The notes: generated by a model from the sequence alone, not told the origin. Shown: positions 8,928 to 19,500, counted from the first letter of the stretch. The stretch: DNA of 39,794 nucleotides from Nitrospinota bacterium (GCA_030754595.1 JASLZZ010000118.1:1-39794), one strand, 5' to 3'. Numbers and translations: made by a program.

Positions 8928-10517
8928 CTATTCGTGGTGTCCCACCCATGGGGCGGGATTTCGCCAATCAACGGCCGGGGAGAACCGGTAATAGTCTACT
9001 ATGGCCCGGGCGAGTCCGGGTATCGTCGAAACCTCGGCCTCGAGATGGAGCTCGAGGCCCATTTCCCGGGCCGTCTGGCTCGTTACCGGGCCGATGGAGG
9101 CGACCGCCACCCCGCGCATGGACTCCCCGATAAAATCCTCGCCGAGCATTTCGACGAAATTCCGCACAGTCGAGGAACTCGTGAACGTCACCATCTCGAT
9201 CCGCCCCCGGCCGAACTCGGCGCGGATTCGCTCCACATCCGCCTCCTCCGCGGGCAGTGTCCGGTAGGCGGGCACGACATTGACCTCCGCCCCCCGCTCC
9301 CCGAGGGTTTCGGGGAGGATTTCCCTCGCCTCGAGCGCTCGGGGGATGAGAATCCGCTGGCCCGCCAGATCCCGGCCAGCCAAATCTTCGCCCGGAATCA
9401 TCTCCAAAATTCCCTCGGCCACATAACGCTCGGGCACACCGTCGGCCCGGATGCGGAGGGTGTCCTCAAGGGCGCGGGCGGTGGCAGGCCCGATGGCCAG
9501 GATTCGAGCCCCCTTCCCGAACGCGCGGGCATCCCGCCCCGAGGCCCGAAGGCGGTCGGCGAAAAAGCGGACGCCGTTCGCGCTGGTGAATATCACCCAG
9601 GCGTAGGAAGCGAGTTCCTCGATGGCGGCGTCGAGCGGGCTCCAGTCCTCCGGCTCCGTGATGCGAATCGTCGGGGCGATCAGCGTCTCAACGCCCAACT
9701 CCCTCAAAACCCGGGCGAACCGATCAGCCTGCTCGCGCGGCCTCGTGATGAGAATCCGCCGCCCGTGCAGCGGCCTGCCCTCGAACCAGTTCAGTTCCAA
9801 ACGAAGCCGGGTCACCTCCCCCACCACCACCACGCAGGGCGCGGGCGAAACCTCCGAGTCCGGCGCGTCCGCCGCGTCCGGTGCGGCCTCAAGAGTGGTT
9901 TCGATCACGCGCTGGGACGGTGAGCCGCCGCCCTCGATAATCGCCACCGGCGTCGTGGCCGAAACGCCCCCCGCCATCAGGCCGGATTTCAGCCCTGAGA
10001 CGCGGTCCGACCGGGTCATGAAGATAAGAGTGCTCCCCTCGTCCGCCAGCCGGCAGTAGGCGCTTTTCCGAAGCTCCCCCCCGCCGGGAAGCGGAAATTC
10101 GGCCACCAAAAACCCTCCGGCCGCCGCCGGGCTGAGCGGGATTCCGGCGAAAGTGGGTGCGGTCACCCCCGGAATGACACCGGGAATAACCTCGAATGGG
10201 ATTCCCTCGCGGGTGAGGGCCCTCGCCTCATCGACGCACTCCCTCGAGTGATAGGGATCGCCCCCGTAAAGGCGGACCACCACTTTCCCCTCCTCGGCGC
10301 GGTTAACGAGGGTGCCGCTTACGGCGGAGCTCACCCCGGCGGGGACCGCCTCGATCCGCTCGCATCCGAGGGGAAAAAGCTCCCGCAACTCAACGGAAAG
10401 GGAGGGCTCGAACACCACGACCTCCGCCCGCTCCAACACCTCGCCGCACCGGCGGGTGAGCAGGGCCGGGTCTCCCGTGCCTGCTCCGGCGAGATAGACG
10501 ACACCCGTCTCATACAT
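8928..10517 (-). CDS. hemD: Fused uroporphyrinogen-III methyltransferase-like domain (degenerate) / uroporphyrinogen-III synthase
   Basis: N-terminal GAG.GDP..LT, VVRL.GGDP, FEVIPGV. C-terminal PLHGRRILITRP, FTSANGV, AIGPATA, FTSSSTV, SIGPVT. ATG 10517 overlaps the hemC stop. Confidence 0.9.
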   Translation of the reverse strand: MYETGVVYLAGAGTGDPALLTRRCGEVLERAEVVVFEPSLSVELRELFPLGCERIEAVPAGVSSAVSGTLVNRAEEGKVVVRLYGGDPYHSRECVDEARALTREGIPFEVIPGVIPGVTAPTFAGIPLSPAAAGGFLVAEFPLPGGGELRKSAYCRLADEGSTLIFMTRSDRVSGLKSGLMAGGVSATTPVAIIEGGGSPSQRVIETTLEAAPDAADAPDSEVSPAPCVVVVGEVTRLRLELNWFEGRPLHGRRILITRPREQADRFARVLRELGVETLIAPTIRITEPEDWSPLDAAIEELASYAWVIFTSANGVRFFADRLRASGRDARAFGKGARILAIGPATARALEDTLRIRADGVPERYVAEGILEMIPGEDLAGRDLAGQRILIPRALEAREILPETLGERGAEVNVVPAYRTLPAEEADVERIRAEFGRGRIEMVTFTSSSTVRNFVEMLGEDFIGESMRGVAVASIGPVTSQTAREMGLELHLEAEVSTIPGLARAIVDYYRFSPAVDWRNPAPWVGHHE

Positions 10518-11457
10518 CCCTGATCTCCCGGAGAATTTCCTCGCCCCCCGATTCGAGAAGGCGGCGGGCCACCTTTTCGCCCGCGGCGGCCGCCTCATCG
10601 GGAGCGGCCTCCTCTTCCGCCTCGACGAGGCGCTTACCATCGAGGCTCGCCACCAGCCCCCTCACGCGCAGCCCGCCGCCCCGAAACTCGGCGAAAGCGG
10701 CGAGGGGCACCTGGCACCCGCCCTCCATGACAGCCATCACCACGCGCTCGGCCGTAACGGCCTGGCGGGTGGGCGCATGATCGAGTGGAGCGAGCAACTC
10801 GGCCGTAGCCGCGTCGCCCTCTCGCGTTTCAATGCCCAGGGCGCCCTGCCCCACGGCCGGAAGCATGATCTCGGGCGCGAGGCTCTCGGTCGCGCGGCCG
10901 CCGTGGCCCAGGCGGTTCAGACCCGCCGCCGCGAGAATGGCGCCCGCCACCTCGCCCTCGACCACCTTCCGGAGGCGCGTGTCCACGTTTCCGCGCAGAT
11001 CGACGATCTCCAAATCGCTCCGGTACCGCCGAAGCTGGGCCTGGCGGCGAAGGCTGCTCGTCCCGACGCGGCTTCCGGAGGGGAGCCCCCGGATGGATTC
11101 CCCGCCGCGAGAAACGAGCACATCCCAGGGTTCCTCGCGCTCGGGAACCGCCCCCAGCCTCAGCCCATCGGGCAAGTCGCCGGGCAGGTCCTTGAGGCTG
11201 TGAACGGCAACGTCGATATCCTCGTTCAGGAGCTGGTCTTCAATCTCCTTGACGAAGAGGCCTTTTCCGCCGACCTCGTGGAGAGCCGCGTCGAGAATTT
11301 CATCCCCGCGGGTTCGGATGATGACTTCTTCGATCTCGAGACCGGGGTTTTTCTCTCGAATCCGGGCGGCCATCTGCCTCGACTGGGCCAGGGCAAGAGC
11401 GCTTCCCCTCGTTCCCAGCCGCAAAACGCCGTCCCGGACCCGGCTTCCTCCGCTCAT
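10510..11457 (-). CDS. hemC: Hydroxymethylbilane synthase (porphobilinogen deaminase)
   Basis: GTRGSALALAQ, GGKGLFVKEIE, VHSLKD, GTSSLRR, RGNVDTRL, PAVGQGAL, EGGCQVP. Confidence 0.97.
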   Translation of the reverse strand: MSGGSRVRDGVLRLGTRGSALALAQSRQMAARIREKNPGLEIEEVIIRTRGDEILDAALHEVGGKGLFVKEIEDQLLNEDIDVAVHSLKDLPGDLPDGLRLGAVPEREEPWDVLVSRGGESIRGLPSGSRVGTSSLRRQAQLRRYRSDLEIVDLRGNVDTRLRKVVEGEVAGAILAAAGLNRLGHGGRATESLAPEIMLPAVGQGALGIETREGDAATAELLAPLDHAPTRQAVTAERVVMAVMEGGCQVPLAAFAEFRGGGLRVRGLVASLDGKRLVEAEEEAAPDEAAAAGEKVARRLLESGGEEILREIRDV

Positions 11458-11482
11458 CCGAGGCTCCAGCCTCCGAGGGTTC

Positions 11483-12787
11483 TCATTCGCCCTCTCCGGG
11501 GCGGGAAGAATCGCTGTCCTCGTCGGAGTCGACGCCGAAAAGCCGCTGGGCGATGAAGAGGGAGTCGTCCCCGGCCTCCTCGTCCGCCATCTTGCGGAGC
11601 ACGTCGAACGGCCGGTGGAGCAGTTTGTTCACGATGGACCGCGACATGGCCTCGACCGCCTTGCGCTCTTTCTCGCCCAAATCCGGAAACCGGGAGAGGG
11701 TTTTCGAGACCTCTCCCTCCCGCTGAAACTCGGCCTCGATACGTATGGCCGAGAAAGTCCGCGAGAGGTCCTCCACCTGGGTTCGGCGCACGTAGGCCTC
11801 GACCTCTTTTTCGACTATCGAGAGCGCCTCCCGCGCTTCTTCCTCGCGTCCCTTGATGTTCGAGGCCACGACCGATTGCAGATCGTCGATGTCGTAGAGG
11901 TAGGCATTTTCAAGCCCGTCCACCGAGGGGTCGATGTTCCTCGGAACAGCGATATCGATCAAGAAGATCGGCGCATCGCGCCGGGCCTCGAGCGCGGCGG
12001 CCACCGCCTCCTGTCTCACAACGATGCCCTGCGCCCCGGTCGAGGCGATGACGATATCGGCCCGCGCCAGGGCGCCTACCAAATCTCCGAAATCCACAGC
12101 CGCCCCGCCGAGGTCCCCGGCCAGAGTCTCGGCCCGCGAGAAGGTCCGGTTGGCAACAAGGAGCATCTCCGCGCCGTGGCCGGCCAGGTGGCGGGCCGCC
12201 AGCTCGGCCATCTCCCCCGCGCCGATGAGGAGGACGGATTTCCCCTCCAGTGTCCCGAAAATTCTTCCGGCCAGCTCCGCCGCGACCGAGCTGACCGACA
12301 CCGCCTTTTTCCCGAGCGCGGTTTTGTCGCGGACTTTTTTCGCCACCCGGAAAGCCCGCGAGAAAAGGGCATTGAGGGTCTTTCCGGCGTGGCCCGCCTC
12401 CTGGGCGATGCGGTAGGCCTCCTTGACCTGGCCGAGAATCTGAGGCTCCCCCAAGACCATCGAATCCAGGCTCGACGCGACGCGGAACAGGTGGCGCGTG
12501 GCCTCTTCGTCGCGCTGGATGTATAGGTGATCGCTCAGCTCGTCGCTGCGGAGGTCCCGCGACTCCAGCAAAAACTCGTGAATCGCATCGACACCCTGCT
12601 CGTAGCTCTCGGCGTACCCGTAGAGCTCGACACGATTGCAGGTCGAGAGAATCACGCGCTCGCTCAGGGATCTAAACTGCGACATGCGGTCGAGCCATTC
12701 GGGCATGGTGTTTTCGGGGAAATAGAAACGCTCGCGCACCTCGAGCGGGGTGTTGTGGTGACTAACGCCCGCCAGGATTATCGCCAT
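11483..12787 (-). CDS. hemA: Glutamyl-tRNA reductase
   Basis: STCNRVE (catalytic Cys), HLFRVASSLDSMVLGEPQILGQVK, GAGEM, DIAVPRNI, NKLLH.P. Confidence 0.97.
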   Translation of the reverse strand: MAIILAGVSHHNTPLEVRERFYFPENTMPEWLDRMSQFRSLSERVILSTCNRVELYGYAESYEQGVDAIHEFLLESRDLRSDELSDHLYIQRDEEATRHLFRVASSLDSMVLGEPQILGQVKEAYRIAQEAGHAGKTLNALFSRAFRVAKKVRDKTALGKKAVSVSSVAAELAGRIFGTLEGKSVLLIGAGEMAELAARHLAGHGAEMLLVANRTFSRAETLAGDLGGAAVDFGDLVGALARADIVIASTGAQGIVVRQEAVAAALEARRDAPIFLIDIAVPRNIDPSVDGLENAYLYDIDDLQSVVASNIKGREEEAREALSIVEKEVEAYVRRTQVEDLSRTFSAIRIEAEFQREGEVSKTLSRFPDLGEKERKAVEAMSRSIVNKLLHRPFDVLRKMADEEAGDDSLFIAQRLFGVDSDEDSDSSRPGEGE

Positions 12788-12808
12788 CGTCCCAAAAACT
12801 CCCGCGAC

Positions 12809-13576
12809 CTAAAGATGGACGGCGATCGCGAAGACCACCGCCACGAAAGAGACCATCGAAAAAACCGCCGAGCGGTGCCCCTTCCAGCTCCGCGTCAACC
12901 GGCAAACCAACAAAACCCCATAGGCCCCCCAGACGAGCACCAGAGGCCAGGTTTTCATCGGATCGAGGCTCCAATAGGCCCCGTGCTTGGACTTGGCCCA
13001 CATCGAACCGATCAGCATGCTCGCCGTGAGGAAAGCGAATCCGAAGTAGAGGATTTTGTGGTTGAGATCGTCGAGAACACCGAGCGATGGAAGGCGGTGC
13101 AGCCAGGCGCTCGGGCGCTTGGATTTGAGTTGACCCGACTGGGTGACATACATCAGCGAAAATCCGAAAAGCAGGAAGAAGGAGGCCCCGCTCAAAAGGG
13201 CGAGAAGCGCGTGGCCCACCAGGAGGTAGCCCTGGACCTCGGTGGAGCCCGCACCCCAAACGCCGGGAAACGAGGAGGCGTATCCCTCCACCACGAATCC
13301 GATGGGCACGGCGAAGCCGCCGAGCGACATATCCCGGTAGCGGAAGAAAACGCCAAGGTAAAGGAGAATGATCACCCAGGAGAGGGCGCTGAGCCAGACA
13401 CCCCACCCCCGGCTTTCGGCAACCGAGAATGAGACCCCCAGCATCGCCGTATGAAGCAAAAACCCGCCAACGAGCGATGAGATGCCCACATATATGGCGA
13501 GAGTATGCCTTTTGAGGAGGTTGTAGAGATGGGCGATCGTCGAAATCAGATAGAGACCAACCAGCACTGCGACCAC
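12809..13576 (-). CDS. CcsA/HemX-family membrane protein (cytochrome c assembly family)
   Basis: About 8 hydrophobic segments, two His in TM segments, RLPSL..LD.LN, GSMWA....G.YWS.DP. Canonical position before hemA. Confidence 0.8.
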   Translation of the reverse strand: MVAVLVGLYLISTIAHLYNLLKRHTLAIYVGISSLVGGFLLHTAMLGVSFSVAESRGWGVWLSALSWVIILLYLGVFFRYRDMSLGGFAVPIGFVVEGYASSFPGVWGAGSTEVQGYLLVGHALLALLSGASFFLLFGFSLMYVTQSGQLKSKRPSAWLHRLPSLGVLDDLNHKILYFGFAFLTASMLIGSMWAKSKHGAYWSLDPMKTWPLVLVWGAYGVLLVCRLTRSWKGHRSAVFSMVSFVAVVFAIAVHL

Positions 13577-13781
13577 GACGCTCCGCTTTCCGCCCCATCT
13601 CCCCGGAGTGACCTGAAAACAGGGAACCGGTAGAGGCTAGGTATCTTTTATGTTATTTATCAATAGCTTAAGCATCGAAATTTAAAACAAAACATGAAAC
13701 CTAACTCCTCACGGGGCCAATATTAACCAATTCCCTGATTTTTGGGAAGATAGGGACGCCCGGAAATCAGACCTCACCATC

Positions 13782-13834
13782 CCCACCCGGTTCGGGCCCA
13801 CCCGGTTCAGGCCCACCCGGTTCAGGTCCACCCG
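13782..13834. repeat. 15-bp tandem repeat (3.5 copies) in the divergent ccsA/pyrD intergenic region
   Basis: CCCACCCGGTTCGGG, CCCACCCGGTTCAGG, CCCACCCGGTTCAGG, TCCACCCG. Confidence 0.9.
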
Positions 13835-13966
13835 ATCATCATCTGAAATATAGACCCATTTTCGGCGAACAATAGGAAAAATGATGCTTTCCGGGTTAAA
13901 TTACCCCCCCATATATGATAACAATTGATTCACTGATTCTGTTTCCGCCTCTGGAGTTCCAGGGTT

Positions 13967-14908
13967 TTGATAGCGCTCCCCGAAATCAACCCTCCGCTCA
14001 TCAACGCCAGCGGAATATTGAGTTACCCGGAGGTTTTCCGGGCCCTCGAGGCCTCAGGCGCCGCTCTGGGCGGATACGTCACCAAATCGGTGGGCCCGGC
14101 CGAAGGAGCGGGAAACGAAAACCCGGTGGTTGTCTGCCCCGAGGATGAGGGGCAACCCCTCCTGAACTCTCTCGCCCTCCCCACCCAGAGCCCGGAGGAT
14201 TGGGAGGCCGACCTCGCCCAGACCCGCCTCGAAAGCTCCCGGCTCATCGTGTCGATCTACGGGGGAGGCCCCGATGAGTTCGGGGAAATCGCCGCCCGGA
14301 TGTCGCCCTTCGCCGATCTTATCGAGGTGAATCTGAGTTGCCCGAACAGGGTTCCCGGCGAGGTGGCGCTCATGGAGAGCATCGGGCAGCGCCCTGACCT
14401 CTCGGGAGAAGTAATCGGCAGGGTCCGCGATTCCACTACAAAGCCGGTGATCGCGAAACTCTCGCCCAACAGCGACTATCTGGCCGTCGCCGCCGCTTGC
14501 ATGGACGCCGGTGCCGACGGTCTCGGATGCGGCAACACGCTGGGGCCCGGCCTCGCCATCGACACCGTCACCGGGAAGGCGATTCTCGCCGGAACAACGG
14601 GCGGCATCAGCGGCCCGGCCCTCAAACCCGTCAACCTCCGGATGACTTACGAATGCTACGCTCTCTTCGGGTGCCCGATCATCGGCTACGGGGGAATCGG
14701 GAGTTGGGAGGACGCCGTTGAATACACTCTCGCCGGCGCATGCATCCTGGGGATTGGAACGGCCTTCCTCGGGAAAACGACGAGCGAGGCCGCCAGGCTG
14801 ACCCGCCGGATCTGGGAGGGCGTTCAGGCCTATCTCGGCGGGGCACCGTTTCCGGAAATGGTGGGCAGGGCTCACCGCGATCCCGCACCGGAGGCAGCCC
14901 GTGCGTGA
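13967..14908 (+). CDS. pyrD: Dihydroorotate dehydrogenase family 1B-type catalytic subunit (divergent)
   Basis: INASG, VTKS, NLSCPN, AKLSPN, GNT, GGISGPALKP, IIGYGGI, GTA. Overlaps the electron-transfer subunit gene. TTG start. Confidence 0.8.
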   Translation: MIALPEINPPLINASGILSYPEVFRALEASGAALGGYVTKSVGPAEGAGNENPVVVCPEDEGQPLLNSLALPTQSPEDWEADLAQTRLESSRLIVSIYGGGPDEFGEIAARMSPFADLIEVNLSCPNRVPGEVALMESIGQRPDLSGEVIGRVRDSTTKPVIAKLSPNSDYLAVAAACMDAGADGLGCGNTLGPGLAIDTVTGKAILAGTTGGISGPALKPVNLRMTYECYALFGCPIIGYGGIGSWEDAVEYTLAGACILGIGTAFLGKTTSEAARLTRRIWEGVQAYLGGAPFPEMVGRAHRDPAPEAARA

Positions 14909-15626
14909 GAACGTCCGCGTCATCCGGAACCTGGCCGAGAGCCCTTGGACAAATACCCTTTTTTTCGACCGCGAGATCGCATGCGAGCCCGGCCAATTCA
15001 TGATGGTCTGGCTGCCCCGACTGGGCGAGAAGCCCTTTACCCTCTCCTACCCCAACGGGATCACGGTCAAGCGGGCGGGGAGGTTCACCGAGGCCCTCAC
15101 CTCACTCGGACCGGGTGACACCTTGGGGCTCCGCGGTCCTCTGGGCAGGGGATATCCTCTCCTGGAGCGCCCCGCCCTTGTCGGAGGCGGGGTGGGCATC
15201 GCCGAACTTCGCCTCCTCGCCCTGAGGAGCGATTCCCCAACCTTCATCCTCGGCGGGAGGACGGCCGAGGAAATACTCTACTTCGACGAATTCCAATCCC
15301 TGGGCCCGGTAAAGGTCGCCACCGAAGACGGCTCCCTCGGGGAGAAGGGACTGGTCACGGATCTTCTTCCGGTCGATGCCGGCTCCTATGCCGTCTGCGG
15401 CCCCGAGCGGATGATGGTGGCCTGCCGATCAATTCTGCCCGACGACCGGACCCACTACGCCATCGAGCGGTATATGAAATGCGCGGTCGGCCTCTGCGGG
15501 CAGTGCACCTGTTCGGGACAGCGGGTTTGTGTGGACGGGCCGATTTTCCCGGGGAAAATGCTTGAGAGCATGCCGGATTTTGGCCATCGCCGAAGGAGCA
15601 AGAGCGGGCGCTGGGAAAAAATTTAA
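14901..15626 (+). CDS. pyrK: Dihydroorotate dehydrogenase electron-transfer subunit (FAD/2Fe-2S)
   Basis: PGQFMMVW, RGPLGRG, GGGVG, TEDGS.G.KG.VT, CGPE.MM, ERYMKCAVGLCGQC......VCVDGP. Confidence 0.88.
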   Translation: MRENVRVIRNLAESPWTNTLFFDREIACEPGQFMMVWLPRLGEKPFTLSYPNGITVKRAGRFTEALTSLGPGDTLGLRGPLGRGYPLLERPALVGGGVGIAELRLLALRSDSPTFILGGRTAEEILYFDEFQSLGPVKVATEDGSLGEKGLVTDLLPVDAGSYAVCGPERMMVACRSILPDDRTHYAIERYMKCAVGLCGQCTCSGQRVCVDGPIFPGKMLESMPDFGHRRRSKSGRWEKI

Positions 15627-15753
15627 CGGAATAGTCCAAATAATGCTGGAATGAGAGTTGCTTTTCTTTTAAGAATTGGTGTGCTAAGTTTTAAAATGTG
15701 ATAGCTTGCCCCGTTTATCCTCATGTTTGGGGTAGTTAACGGAGGAAGCCGCT

Positions 15754-16515
15754 ATCCAACTTCGAGTGCTGGGCAGTTATGGCGGAAGGGAACCGGGTTG
15801 CTACCTCCCCTCCTTCCTCTTTAATGAGTGCCTCTTGGTGGATGCAGGCAGCGGCGCCTCCACACTTACGGTAGCCGAACAATCCAGGCTCAAGGGAATA
15901 CTGATCTCTCACACCCACCTCGACCATGTGGGCGAGATTCCCTTTATCGCGGACAATATATTTGGGACAAAAGACTCATCTCTTCTTATTATCAGCCTCC
16001 AGCCGGTTCTGGATGACCTCCATAAGTACTTGTTCAATAATATTATTTGGCCTGATTTCACGGTCCTCTCGGCGGGGGACAACCCCATCTTGGAGTTCAT
16101 CGGCATCGAGGAGGGCGAGGAAAAATGCATCGCCGGAATTAAATTCATCGCCTACCGTGTCAATCATTCGCTAAACGCGGTAGGATACCTATTAAGCGAC
16201 GAAAACGGGACGGTTCTTTTTTCGGGGGACACAGGACCGACCGAGAAAATATGGAAAAAAGCCCACGAGGCGGATAACCTCAGGGCGATAATCACCGAAG
16301 TGTCGTTTCCCAACTTCATGAAGGATGTGGCGGAGGTGGCCAAGCATCTCACGCCAAAATCTCTCCTCGAGGAGACAAAGAAAATGCCGGCCGATATTCC
16401 CATCTACCTCTACCATGAAAAGATTCGATTTCACGGCGAAATCGCCAAGGAGTTGGAGAAATTGAACGAACCCAGGCTTAAGATGTTGGTGCAAGGTGAA
16501 ATCTACGAGTTTTAA
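15754..16515 (+). CDS. Class II 3',5'-cyclic-nucleotide phosphodiesterase (metallo-beta-lactamase fold)
   Basis: LRVLGSYGG, LVDAG, SHTHLDHV, FNNIIWPDF, VNH, FSGDTGPT, EVSFPN, HLTP, YH.K. The natural N-terminus (x-Q-L-R-V-L-G) begins at ATC 15754, 8 nt after GGAGG. The nearest canonical start is GTG 15766. Confidence 0.85.
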   Translation: MQLRVLGSYGGREPGCYLPSFLFNECLLVDAGSGASTLTVAEQSRLKGILISHTHLDHVGEIPFIADNIFGTKDSSLLIISLQPVLDDLHKYLFNNIIWPDFTVLSAGDNPILEFIGIEEGEEKCIAGIKFIAYRVNHSLNAVGYLLSDENGTVLFSGDTGPTEKIWKKAHEADNLRAIITEVSFPNFMKDVAEVAKHLTPKSLLEETKKMPADIPIYLYHEKIRFHGEIAKELEKLNEPRLKMLVQGEIYEF

Positions 16516-16560
16516 AAAACCCGGCCCTTCCGGCTGAGGCCTTACCGGAAACAGTCAAAC

Positions 16561-19500
16561 ATGGCTTTGAAAAAATTCTTCGGGAAAAAAAAGCGAGGAC
16601 GACTGGGACTACGACGACGACATCCTCGGGCCATCCGACTCCAGCGATGGCGATGACGATGACGGATCTTCCCATTTCGAACTCGACGACAAAGACCAGG
16701 AAGTGGTCCGGGGAATCTCCATCCGCGCGCGGGCCTATGTCGATTACAACAAGCGGAAAGTCGCGACAATCCTTTCGAAACTCAACGATATCGACAAATA
16801 GATTTTTTTGATACTTCCCTCTCTTGTCCACCTCAACCTGCCCGGCGTTCCCGGTTACATCGAAGACCCCCAGCAGGTGCCGGACGGCGTTCTCGACTTC
16901 AAACCCGAGGACGACATACCCAGGCGAATCGAAAGACAGATTCCCTCCGCGAATGTCACCCTCGCCGATTTCGCCCGCCGCGTCGGAAGCAGCCCGATTT
17001 ATTCCCTGGCGGCCATGGGGAGCCTCGCCACTATCGCGCAAACCTCGAAGAGCGACTTCGATATTTGGGTATGCGTGAAAAAAGAAGAGTTCACCCTCGA
17101 AAAGATCGAGGGCCTCGCTGTCAAACTCAAGGAAATCGAAAAGTGAGCCGATAAAACGAACCGCTTCTAGTGCCATTTCTTCATCACCGACATCAACGAA
17201 GCGCGAAACAACAAATTTGGAGAATCCGACTCTAAGAGCGCGGGCTCGGCCCTGGGGAAACTTCTCAAAGAGGAATTCTTCCGGACCCATACGGTCCTCG
17301 CCGGAGCCGCCCCCTTGTGGACCGCGATGCCGCCCCACATATCCGACGAAGACTACGAGCGCTTCTCTCAGATGGCTTTCAGCCACTACACCATTAACCA
17401 TAAATCCTATATCGACCTGGGCAACGCCCAGCGAATCTCCATGGAGGAAGCCTTCGGCGCCGCCCTTTGGCAACTCAACAAGGCCCTCGGCAGCCCCTTT
17501 AAGTCGGCGATGAAGATGGGGTTAATCGAGGACTACATGGACTCGAGTTCCACCTCCTCTTTGCTGTGCGACTCCCTCAAGGAAAACATCACGGACCAGG
17601 CTGTCAAGTTCGAGGGGGATCGGACGACATTCGACTCCCTGGGGGATGGCGAGGAAATCGACTCGCACACGGATCGATTCTCTCTCGACGGCTACATGCT
17701 CATGTTCAACCGAATTCTTGAATTCTATAAACGGATGAACCGTAGCGACCTGCAGGAAATCCTGAGGCAGTGCTTCTACCTCAAGGCCGGCGATACGATT
17801 TCGGGAATCCACGATCCCCTGCGCGCCAAGAACCGCAAGAAAGACATGCTCGCCGAAATCATCGAAAGCTGGGGGTGGGAGAACGACCACATCATCGACC
17901 TGAACAACTTCAAGGTGTGGGCGTTCGACCTGAGCGTCAAGCTGGGCGGCGAGGTGAACAATTTTATCATCGAATCCTACAAGAGGCTCTCGCAAACCGG
18001 TGCGACCTCCAAGGCGATGATCAACGAAACGGACCTCACCGTTCTGGGACGAAAGCTGTTCACCTTCTATTCGAGAAAAGAGAAAAAGGTGGGTTATCTC
18101 CCGAAAACCTTCGAGGAGAGCCTTCACCAGAATCAAATAACGTTCGCCATGACCCCTTCGCGCACCGGCGGGGAGGCCTTGTGGAAGGTCTACCGTGGCT
18201 CCGTTTCGGCGACGGACCTGACCAGCGAGAAAGTCGGGGCCCAACTCCTCCGTCAGATGCGGAACCTGCCCGACCTCCTGACATGGCTGGTCATCAACGG
18301 CGTCTGGGATCGCCGGACCCAGGTCAACCTTCAGTCGCGGGAGTCGCGCCTGACCGCCGCGAATTTCCAGAATATTCTCGAATCCCTAGGCGATTTTTTC
18401 CCGCCGATCGACGTGGGCCACCTCCCTAACAACGATCTGATCAAGGACTCCCAGATCAGGAAGCTATACGCGATCGTCAACCTCGGCGACACCAGCCATA
18501 GCCAAGGAATTCACCGGGTCGATCTGGTTCACCGGACTTCGTGGGGAGAAATGTACACCGAGCGCCCCTCCGGAAAAGTAGACGACATGGGCGCCATGGC
18601 GTTTTGCCTGGACCGCCTGCCCTATTCCGATGCGGGGAAGGGCCCCTCCCTGAAAGTGTATGTTCCCACCGGAAAGATCTGTGTCGCCGCGGGAAGAAAA
18701 ATCTTCACGGACTTCGAGAATGTTCTCCAGGGGATCGCCACCTTTTTTCACGCATCCCCCCTCCCTCCGCTCACCCAACGCATTTTCCTGTTCAAGGGGG
18801 AACAGGGAGTCATCACCGCCTCTTGGAACGGCAAAGAAACCCAAACCAGCAAATTCTCCACGTTCGAGGAATTTTTCAAAAACGGGAACACGGCCAGCTC
18901 ATCCGCGACGAGAACGGCCTGGCCTCCTCGGCCACGGAGTTGCTCGCCCAGCAGGCCATCACCACGGGCCTCAAGCTCAACGAAATTCAAGTGATCATGC
19001 TCGGCGACGGCATCCGGGCCAGGGTGTACATCTCGGACGAGATGGGAAGCACGATGTGCCACAGCATCTCAAAGGAAGCCTGGCCGACCTACTCGGTCAA
19101 ACTCGGGGCCTTTTTAAGCAACGCCGCCAGCAAAATTATGGCCGAGCCCTGGCGGGCAAAAGCCAAGATGCCTCCCATCAAGTTTGCCTTCTATCATGTT
19201 GACGCCACCGGCACCGGCCCGAACCAGTATTCTCTCGTCGATGTCACCATGAAATACCTTCAGGCCATCGAAAACAGGGAGGGCGCTCCGGGTCAGGTCA
19301 CTTTTTCGGAAATGAAAACGAAGGACGGAAAGCGGGCCCTCGTTTTCGATATCGACGGGGAGAAAATCACCAGCCTCAAGCACGGCAGCGGTGTTTTTGC
19401 CGCAGTGGCGGCCCACTGCCACGCGCACCAGAAAGCCGCCGGTTCCATTTCTCTCGCGTATCTCTCCCTCCCCCTGGACTTCCGAAAGAAAAACTGCCCC

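Noticed and set aside
13782..13834. Tandem repeats here and at 29528-29589 as CRISPR arrays
   Set aside because: The units are contiguous with no unique spacers, too short, and there are no cas genes.
17144..17146. In-frame TGA in the cyclase as selenocysteine or Trp recoding
   Set aside because: It aligns to Trp rather than Cys, has no convincing 3' hairpin, and is followed 8 codons later by TAG. TGA also terminates many other genes normally.
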